DNA of 64,000 bases from Candidatus Cibiobacter qucibialis (GTDB lineage Bacteria > Bacillota > Clostridia > Oscillospirales > Ruminococcaceae), in the NCBI GenBank assembly GCA_004000625.1, contig SAUS01000001.1, positions 3,639 to 67,638 of the forward strand. The letters run 5' to 3'. Below, one piece after another: positions 57,356 to 64,000 of the stretch (its first letter is position 1; every line of letters starts with the position of its first letter). The notes under the pieces were generated by a model. It was not told where the DNA came from, did not search any database, and was given only the letters and a program-made list of their open reading frames with translations. The position numbers and the translations under genes are program-made.

Positions 57356-59482
57356 ATGACCCACGAAATTGAACTGGAAGGATATTACCCTAAAATTCTT
57401 GGCAGCCCCATGCGTATGCTGTGCCTTGGCACCAAAGCCAGCTATGGCATGGAGGTTCTGCATTTCCAGCGCGGCACCGGGTGGGATGGCCTTGCGCTGG
57501 ATGTCACGTTTACTCCGGACCCCCAGGCGGAGGGGACAACGGTGCTGGCGGATGCAGGGGACACCGTAGCGGTGCCGCCCGCCGCCACAGCGCAGGCAAC
57601 CAACAGCGGCAGCGTTACGGTGCGCGGCGTGCGGGATGGCGTGCAGTGCATCAGCTGCAACATCCCATACCTGGTGCTGAACCACGCCCCGGTGCCCGGC
57701 CAGCAGACCGACCCGGCGGAAAGTGTGTGGAAACAGTATGCCGATAAGCTGATCCCCGCGGGCGGCAGTACCGGGCAGGTGCTGGCCAAGGCGTCCGCGC
57801 AGGATATGGACCTGTACTGGGCCGACGGCACCACCACCCAAACCGAAACCACACCCCACATGCTGACCAACGCGGGCCGCAGCAAAAAGAAAGCCATTGT
57901 ATCGTTTGTGGATGACGACTGCCGCAGCGAAGCGTACACCGTGCTGTTCCCGCTGGTGCAGGAACTTGGTATGCCTTATACCGTGGCTTGCCCGGCGGGG
58001 CTTATGGGCAAAACCGGCCGCATGACGGTGGAACAGCTGCAGAAAATGGCGCGCAGCGGCGTGACGGTGGCATGCCATACGATGACCGAAACCGATATGG
58101 AGCAGGATACCCCCGAAACGCTGGAAGCCACCCTGCAGCAGTTTGAAGCAGAGATGCGCCGCTGGGGCATCCGCGGGGTGCGCAGCTATGCCTATGTGAA
58201 CGGGCGCTATAAGGCGGATTGCCTGAACACCGTAAAAAAGCATTTTGACCTGGGCCTTACGGTGGAAAAAGGCATCAACCAGATCCCGTATGAAAGCTGC
58301 CGCATGAAGCGCGTGGAAGTGTTCCCAAAGAACAAAAGCTACACGCTGGAGGATGTAAAAGCATGGGTAGACAAAGCCGTGCAGGATGGCGGCTGGCTGA
58401 TTTTGATGACCCACGCATGGTACACGACCTTTGATGCAGCACAGCTCAAAGAGCTGGTGGGTTATATCCGGGCCAGCGGTGCGGAGCTGATGGACCTGTA
58501 CGATGCACTGGATGCCACCGGCAACGTGGTGGAAGCGGGCGACTACCAAAAGCCGGGCGCGGATGCAGCGGAACCGTTTTTTGTGGTGGATGCGGATGGC
58601 CGCGCCTGGACCAACGCGCTGGAGAACTTACGCCCGGCAGATGGCATCACCAATGTGGGGGCAGCCCTGCAAAGTGGATATGTGATCTCCACCGCCACCG
58701 GCAAGGCAATCAAAACATCAGATACCGGGTTCCGGGTCACCCAGCCGGTGGATGTGACAAGCGCGGCCCAGGTGTTGGTAACGGCCTGGGCGTATGCGGG
58801 TTTTGCGCTCTATTCTTTCTTTGATGCGGCGGGTACCTGCCTTGCCGTAAAAGCGGCCGATGCCGATTATGCTGCGGGCGGCAATACCCTGACCCGGCAG
58901 GCAGTGGCCGTGCCGCAGGGGGCAGCCACTTTGATCGTGGCAGGCAATTTGTACCAGGCGCTGCCCGCCGTCAGGCTGGTCAGTGCGGCAAACCTGGTGC
59001 AGCAGGTAAAAAGCATGACGGTTGCCTGGCACGCCAACTATGTGCTCAAAATTTCCGGCTCGACCGTCAACTATGCAAGCGAAAATCGGCGCATCAGCGA
59101 AAAAGTTGCCGCTGCGGCAGGGGATACCTACCGCCTGAGCTGTTCGGCCAACTGGAACAACGCGCTGTATGTGATCTATGCGGCAGACAACAGCGTGCTG
59201 GCCTGCCGCCAGGCCCCCAACAATGCCGCTGGTGAGGTACTGACCGACTTTGCGGTGACAATGCCGGAAAACACTGCCTATTTCCGCGTGGCAGCAAACC
59301 TGGAAATCCAGCCGGAATCCTACGCGGTGGCCCAATACACCACCCGCATTGCGGCCAAAGCCCCGGTGCTTACGGTTGCAGCGGTGCGCACCCTGCTGGA
59401 TATTTTGCGGGCGGGGACCTATACCCAAAGCCAGCAAAGCGCCATCCAGAATCTGGAAAATGCACTGCTGATCATAGACTGA
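57356..59482 (+). CDS. 708-aa multi-domain protein with central polysaccharide-deacetylase (CE4/NodB-like) domain, no signal peptide, Ala/Thr-rich beta-rich C-terminal half
   Basis: CE4-like motifs (AIVSFVDDDC..., ...ACHTMTE...); N-terminus MTHEIELEGYYPKIL lacks signal peptide/TM; C-terminal ~300 aa resemble carbohydrate-binding/tail-fibre-like repeats. Confidence 0.6.
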   Translation: MTHEIELEGYYPKILGSPMRMLCLGTKASYGMEVLHFQRGTGWDGLALDVTFTPDPQAEGTTVLADAGDTVAVPPAATAQATNSGSVTVRGVRDGVQCISCNIPYLVLNHAPVPGQQTDPAESVWKQYADKLIPAGGSTGQVLAKASAQDMDLYWADGTTTQTETTPHMLTNAGRSKKKAIVSFVDDDCRSEAYTVLFPLVQELGMPYTVACPAGLMGKTGRMTVEQLQKMARSGVTVACHTMTETDMEQDTPETLEATLQQFEAEMRRWGIRGVRSYAYVNGRYKADCLNTVKKHFDLGLTVEKGINQIPYESCRMKRVEVFPKNKSYTLEDVKAWVDKAVQDGGWLILMTHAWYTTFDAAQLKELVGYIRASGAELMDLYDALDATGNVVEAGDYQKPGADAAEPFFVVDADGRAWTNALENLRPADGITNVGAALQSGYVISTATGKAIKTSDTGFRVTQPVDVTSAAQVLVTAWAYAGFALYSFFDAAGTCLAVKAADADYAAGGNTLTRQAVAVPQGAATLIVAGNLYQALPAVRLVSAANLVQQVKSMTVAWHANYVLKISGSTVNYASENRRISEKVAAAAGDTYRLSCSANWNNALYVIYAADNSVLACRQAPNNAAGEVLTDFAVTMPENTAYFRVAANLEIQPESYAVAQYTTRIAAKAPVLTVAAVRTLLDILRAGTYTQSQQSAIQNLENALLIID

Positions 59483-59534
59483 CAATACAGCGCGGTTTTT
59501 CAACAAAAAATCCAAAGGCTGTTGAATAAAAAGA

Positions 59535-59569
59535 AAAAGCGCAGAACCACTTTTGGTTCTGCGCTTTTT
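59535..59569. terminator. Bidirectional terminator (AAAAAGCGCAGAACCA-CTTT-TGGTTCTGCGCTTTTTT)
   Basis: Perfect 12-bp stem flanked by A-run and T-run. Confidence 0.8.
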
Positions 59570-59645
59570 TGGAGCGGGATACGAGTCTCGAACTCGCCAC
59601 CTACTGCTTGGGAAGCAGTCACTCTACCGGATGAGCTAATCCCGC
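59570..59645 (-). tRNA. tRNA-Gly (anticodon CCC), CCA encoded
   Basis: Acceptor GCGGGAT/ATCCCGC, anticodon stem ACTGC/GCAGT loop TTCCCAA, T-arm GCGAG-TTCGAGA-CTCGT, discriminator T, CCA. Confidence 0.85.
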
Positions 59646-59703
59646 ATCGGTAGCTTTTATTATACTTCCCAAGTTCCGGTTTGTCAAGCCCCGGTCGAAG
59701 GTA

Positions 59704-59895
59704 TCAGCCGTCAACGGATTCAATCGCGCCAACGGGGCAGGTCTGCATGGCATCGGTGGCGGCGGCTTCATCGGGGCCGGTTACATCGGCAGGGGCAGCG
59801 GCTGCGGTGCCGCCGTCCGTCATGGTAAAAACTTCGGGGCAGGTGCTCACGCACAAACCGCAGCCGATGCAGTCGGCATTTACATGGAACTTCAT
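59704..59895 (-). CDS. 4Fe-4S ferredoxin (single-cluster, small)
   Basis: 63 aa; CIGCGLCVSTCP ... CPVGAI cysteine motifs. Confidence 0.85.
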   Translation of the reverse strand: MKFHVNADCIGCGLCVSTCPEVFTMTDGGTAAAAPADVTGPDEAAATDAMQTCPVGAIESVDG

Positions 59896-59948
59896 GGGCA
59901 GTCATCCTTTCACGATGTGTTATCAACAGTATGCCCAATCAGCGGCAA

Positions 59949-61380
59949 TCAATCCATGCTTTCTGCGTTTTCTGCGGCGGCTTCCCCGGCGGCATAGGTT
60001 TCGTTGGTGTGGCCTGCAAAGGGGTAGGTACGGGTTTCGGTGGCGGTAATGCTGGTTACGCCGAACCAGCGGGCGCGGCCCAAAGCGAGGGAATCCTCAC
60101 CGTTTTCGCGGATATCCGGCAGGCCGTATGCGCCGCACCATTTGGTGTAGGGTTCGATACCATAGCTAATAATGTTAGCTGCGGCGGGCTCATCCAGCTC
60201 GCTAATCTCCTGCCGCAGCGTCTGGGTGCGCACATGGTCCATCATCCAGTAGCTGGCAATGTCATACCCGGCTTCCAGCATGTGGATGCCGCAGACGATC
60301 CCCACGCAGGCGCTCAGGTAGGCAAGGCCCCGGCGGAACGCTTTGATGTTCAGCTGTACCAGGCAGGCGGCGCAGGCGGCAGCCAGCAGAGCAAACACAC
60401 CGTGGGTGGAGCGGGGATAGTAGTCATGGCTGCCGATCATGGCAAAGTTTGCCCCCAGCGCCCCGGCCAGCAGAATCAGCGGCCACAGCAGGTCAGCTTT
60501 TACAGCATCCTGCCGGGCAAAGCAGAGCAGCAAAAACAAAATCGCAAAGGAAAACAGCAGGGGCAGGGCATAGTCTTTGAGCATATTCAGGCAGGCAAAA
60601 AAGCGCATGGCGTACCGGGTCAGCAGACTGTCGTAATCGCTGAAGCCGCTGGCACGGTTAAAGTTGCCTCGCGCGGTGATGAGCAAAGCAAACCCAACCA
60701 GCGCCCCCGCCAGGCCGGTCGCCATCCAGGCGGGCAGCCTGCGCTCCCGCTTGAACACAACAGCGCCGGCCAGCACCAAACAAACCAGCATTCCGGCGCT
60801 GGTATTCTCGCTTAACCAACCAGCCAGCAGCCCGGCCAACGCCATGCCGGCCGCCATGCGCGCCGTACTGGCAAACGGCTGCTGCAAATAATACCGCCAG
60901 GGCAGCAAAAAGGCGCAGCATCCCACCGTGGCCCACAGGTAGTTGCAGGCGCCACACATCCACAAATTGGTCTGGCCAAATACAGGGCTGATCTCCCACA
61001 GCGCGGCATAAATCAGGGCCAAAGCCAGCCAGTCCGCTTTTTGGCTGCGCCGCCCAACGGCCAGCTTGTACAAAACCAGACCCAGCGCCATAAACATCCC
61101 AGCATTGCACACATTAAACAGAAGCTTGGGAAACATGGTGAACCCCTGGGCAAAAAATTTGACGATGACCCGGCCGCTCCATTCGTGATAGTGGAACACC
61201 AGGCTGGAAATCAACTGCGGCAGGCTGTGCAGCCGTTCGCCGGTATCAAAGGCATAAGCGAAAGTGTAATCATCGGCCAGGTAGGGCGTTAAGCAGTTCA
61301 GCAGCAGCATCCAGCAGAACACCAGCCCGGCCACAAGCCGGAACATGCGGCTGCTGAGGGGCTTTTTTGTTTGTGCCATG
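59949..61380 (-). CDS. Polytopic membrane protein, putative GT-C-type glycosyltransferase (DD motif in first loop)
   Basis: ~477 aa from MAQTKK (RBS GGAGG); >10 predicted TM helices; YLADDYTFAYAF in first extracytoplasmic loop as in ArnT/PMT/EmbC-like GT-C enzymes. Confidence 0.5.
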
Positions 61381-61478
61381 GGCAACCTCCAAAACAAAAA
61401 CGGGCCCCCTGCCGAACAGGGGAGCCCGTAAGATCAACATTATCTTTATTATATCGGTTGTGCTGCCAAAGTGCAAGG

Positions 61479-62822
61479 TCAGTCCTTTTTGTTGCGGGCG
61501 ATGCCTGCAACAACGCCGGAAAGCGCCAGCAGCGCCAGCAGGTTGGGAACCGCCATCAGACCGTTAAAGAAGTCCGCCAGCGCCCAAACCAGATCCACTT
61601 TCAGGGAAGAACCGATCAGGATGAACAGCACAACAATCAGGCTGTACACCTTGGTGTACTTGGAGCCGAACAGAGCGTTGAAGTTGACCTGGCCGAAGAA
61701 GTACCAGCCCAAAATGGTGGAGAACGCAAAGAACAGCATGCAGATGGCAATGAACACCTTGCCGAAGGAACCAAACATCAGGCTGAATGCGGCCTGGGTC
61801 AGGGCGGTGCCGGTCATGCCTTCCGGAATCAGGCCGGAGGTGATCAGCACCAGGGCGGTCAGAGTCAGGATGACAAAGGTATCAACGAATACGCCGATGA
61901 TGGCCAGCGCACCCTGGTCCTGCGGCTGCTTGACCTTGGCCAGTGCGTGGGCGTGCGGGGTGGAGCCAAGGCCGGCTTCGTTGGAGAACAGGCCGCGGGC
62001 AACGCCGTAACGCATGGCCTGCTGCACGGTAACGCCAGCCACGCCACCGGCAATGGCCTGCGGCTGGAAAGCCAGGGTGAAGATCTGAACAAATGCGTTG
62101 GGAATGGCGGATGCGTTCATGACCAGGATGATGACGCAGCCGATAATGTAAAACAGTGCCATGATGGGAACCAGCTTTTCGGTAACAGCGGCAATGCGCT
62201 TAACACCGCCCAGGAAGATGAAAGCTGCCAGAACGGCGATCACAACGCCAACCACCACGCGGTTAACGCCGAACGCATTGTGGAACGCATCACCAATGGA
62301 GTTGGACTGCACCATGTTGCCCATAAAGCCGAGGGCAAGGATCAAAGCAACGGAGAAGAAAGTGGCCAGGAACTTGCCAAACTTGCCCTTGAATGCCGCG
62401 CGGATGTAATACGCCGGGCCGCCGGTTACCTGGCCGTCCACCGTGGTGCGGTAGGTTTGGGCCAGAACGGCTTCGGCGTAAATGGTAGCCATGCCGAAAA
62501 AGGCAGAAACCCAGGTCCAGAACAATGCGCCGGGGCCGCCGCTGACCAGGGCGGTGGCGCAGCCGGTAATGTTGCCGGTGCCAACCTGTGCGGCAATGGC
62601 GGTGGCCAATGCCTGAAAAGAGCTCATGCCGTCTTTATCAGCTGCCTTGCCGTGCAGGCTGAAACCTTTGAACAAGTGACGCACACCATCTGCAAAACTG
62701 CTTAACTGAACAAAGTGCAGCTTGATAGTAAAGAAGATGCCGGTGCCAACCAGCAGGAACAGCAACAGATAATTCCACAAAATGTCGCTGGCCTGCTCTA
62801 CGATCTGCGTAAATGCTGCCAT
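61479..62822 (-). CDS. Alanine/glycine:cation symporter (AGCS family)
   Basis: 447 aa from MAAFTQIVEQ (RBS GGGGGA); conserved AGCS N-terminal region (SSFQALATAIAAQVGTGNI). Confidence 0.85.
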   Translation of the reverse strand: MAAFTQIVEQASDILWNYLLLFLLVGTGIFFTIKLHFVQLSSFADGVRHLFKGFSLHGKAADKDGMSSFQALATAIAAQVGTGNITGCATALVSGGPGALFWTWVSAFFGMATIYAEAVLAQTYRTTVDGQVTGGPAYYIRAAFKGKFGKFLATFFSVALILALGFMGNMVQSNSIGDAFHNAFGVNRVVVGVVIAVLAAFIFLGGVKRIAAVTEKLVPIMALFYIIGCVIILVMNASAIPNAFVQIFTLAFQPQAIAGGVAGVTVQQAMRYGVARGLFSNEAGLGSTPHAHALAKVKQPQDQGALAIIGVFVDTFVILTLTALVLITSGLIPEGMTGTALTQAAFSLMFGSFGKVFIAICMLFFAFSTILGWYFFGQVNFNALFGSKYTKVYSLIVVLFILIGSSLKVDLVWALADFFNGLMAVPNLLALLALSGVVAGIARNKKD

Positions 62823-62907
62823 GATTAAAATTCCCCCTAATACAATATCCCATATCTTACACATCCGGCAGCGCCCGGTATGGGCAGCTGCCACGAAGCG
62901 ACCTAAT

Positions 62908-62938
62908 AACAATACCATGCCCGTTAGATAAAGTCAAG
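62908..62938 (-). promoter_or_regulatory. Candidate sigma-A promoter for AGCS gene (TTGACT-17-TATTGT on minus strand)
   Basis: Hexamers with 17-bp spacer ~85 nt upstream of start; leader contains GGCAGC...GCTGCC hairpin. Confidence 0.4.
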
Positions 62939-63130
62939 TGTATTTATACCGAAAACACTCTGACGTGACAAAGTATGACTTTTCCTGGAACATGACGCGG
63001 AAATTGAGAAAACAAAAAATGATTCGCAAATTCGAGAAAACGCCGGGACAGAACGTCGGAAAATCCGTCCGCGTTGGGGGAAACACAGGAAAAGAAAAAT
63101 CTTGGGCCGTAGTTTGCTTTTGTAAGCACA

Positions 63131-63176
63131 GGAAGCAAAAAAGCCCCGGCAGGGGCGGCAGCGCCGCACCCCACCG
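63131..63176 (-). terminator. Intrinsic terminator downstream of PTS gene (GCCCCGGTGGGGTGCGGCGCTGCCGCCCCTGCCGGGGC + T6)
   Basis: GC-rich stem followed by TTTTTTGC on minus strand. Confidence 0.7.
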
Positions 63177-63190
63177 GGGCAGAAAGCTAA

Positions 63191-63362
63191 GGCAATACCG
63201 CACAATTCCCGCCTAACGGCTCAAGCACCGCTCCGGCGGCTGCGGCACGGCATCTGCGTTGCCAAAATGCTCGATAAGACATCCAGTATTATCTGCGCTT
63301 TTGGCTTAGCAGCTGCCGCACCTCGCTCGCCGTATCGGCACTTAGAATTATGCGGTATCGCC
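63191..63362. repeat. ~172-bp palindromic intergenic repeat, copy D
   Basis: Same family as A-C. Confidence 0.85.
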
Positions 63363-63377
63363 TTAAAATTCAGGAAA

Positions 63378-64000
63378 TCAGGATTCAGAGGATTGCTCTT
63401 GGGGCAGGTTCTTTTTCAGCAGGCTCAGGATCAACCCGCCCAGAATGCTGCCAACGGCCAAAGCAACGCAGTACATCGGGGCGTTGGTGGCAACGGGGAA
63501 CACGAAGATGCCGCCGTGGGGGGCGCGCAGGCCGCAGTGGAACGCCATGGAAAGGGCACCGGCGGTGGCTGCACCAATGGCGCAGCTGGGGATAACGTGC
63601 AGCGGGTCAGAGGCTGCATAGGGGATAGCGCCCTCAGTAACAAAGCAGAGGCCCATTACATAGTTGAGCACACCGTTGCGGCGCTCGTCCGGGGTCCACT
63701 TTTTGGGGAAGAAGGTGGTGGATAATGCAATGGCGATCGGAGGAACCATGCCGCCGACCATAACGGAAGCCATGACCTCATAGTTGCCGGAAGCAAGGGC
63801 TGCAGTGCCGAACAGGTAACCAGCTTTGTTGAAGGGGCCGCCCATATCAATGCTCATCATAACAGCAGAGACAGCGCCCAGCAGGATGGCAGAGGTGCCG
63901 CCCAGGGAGTTCAGCCAGTTGGTGATAAAGTCGTTGATGATGCCCATGACCGGGTTGATGCCGCACATGAACACGCCCATCACAAACACACCGCCCAGCG
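63378..64000 (-). CDS. PTS fructose/mannitol-family EIIC component (C-terminal part; gene continues beyond window end)
   Basis: Polytopic; GIINDFITNWLN..., EGAIPYAASDP conserved EIIC-Fru motifs; stop at 63378. Confidence 0.75.
   Translation of the reverse strand, partial: LGGVFVMGVFMCGINPVMGIINDFITNWLNSLGGTSAILLGAVSAVMMSIDMGGPFNKAGYLFGTAALASGNYEVMASVMVGGMVPPIAIALSTTFFPKKWTPDERRNGVLNYVMGLCFVTEGAIPYAASDPLHVIPSCAIGAATAGALSMAFHCGLRAPHGGIFVFPVATNAPMYCVALAVGSILGGLILSLLKKNLPQEQSSES

Noticed and set aside
62823-63130. Glycine riboswitch upstream of the AGCS symporter
   Set aside because: No tandem GGAGAG...ACCGAAGGGG aptamer blocks are present on the minus strand.

Overview
High-GC Firmicutes/Clostridia-like chromosomal segment that is mostly core metabolism and cell-envelope genes, with a few repeat families as the only unexplained structure. 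Gene content, in order, with (+) and (-) giving the strand:
(i) An Opp/Dpp-type peptide ABC transporter (SBP, two permeases, two ATPases) followed by a YkfC-like SH3b/NlpC-P60 endopeptidase, which suggests murein-peptide uptake and recycling.
(ii) tRNA-Tyr (-) with an adjacent degenerate tRNA-Tyr-like remnant, tRNA-Leu(GAG) (+), and a CysK-family PLP enzyme (-).
(iii) The ylxM-ffh-rpsP-KH-rimM-trmD block, in which TrmD carries a C-terminal GNAT acetyltransferase fusion and rplS is absent.
(iv) ptsH (HPr), uvrC, and rsmD with a translationally coupled coiled-coil ORF.
(v) The dcw cluster mraZ-rsmH-ftsL-pbp(PASTA)-murF-mraY-ftsW-murG-ftsQ, with four 10-bp-phased MraZ-box repeats in its promoter, followed by an ECF sigma factor, a zinc-finger anti-sigma factor and a membrane DUF protein.
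(vi) A minus-strand de novo purine operon purE-C-F-M-N-[PurO-like IMP cyclohydrolase]-[AICARFT-only PurH]-D-L-B. PurH is split, and a leader attenuator precedes purE.
(vii) A cell-surface polysaccharide island on the minus strand, flanked by a convergent NeuD-like acetyltransferase on the plus strand. It encodes CapE/FnlA, CapF/FnlB and CapG/FnlC-like enzymes (UDP-L-FucNAc-type pathway), a WbuB-like GT4, a GT2 with a DUF2304 partner, and an MBOAT with a DltD/AlgJ-like partner.
(viii) pepT, an XRE-HTH gene plus a small ORF divergent from a 708-aa protein with a CE4 deacetylase domain, tRNA-Gly(CCC), a ferredoxin, a GT-C-like membrane protein, an alanine/glycine:cation symporter, and a partial PTS IIC gene at the window end.
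Unexplained structure:
- A ~172-bp intergenic palindromic repeat with ~18-bp terminal inverted repeats is present in 4 full copies plus one ~59-bp miniature. Two of the copies sit inside operons (oppA|oppB and ftsW|murG).
- A second, ~165-bp inverted-repeat element with SD-like AGGAG arms brackets fnlC on both sides.
- A small REP-like family of the form 'GTAGGG + hairpin' occurs at several sites.
- A bipartite 'GC palindrome + ATTATTCTTTATT' motif occurs at two loci.
No CRISPR array, integrase, transposase or obvious defence genes are visible.
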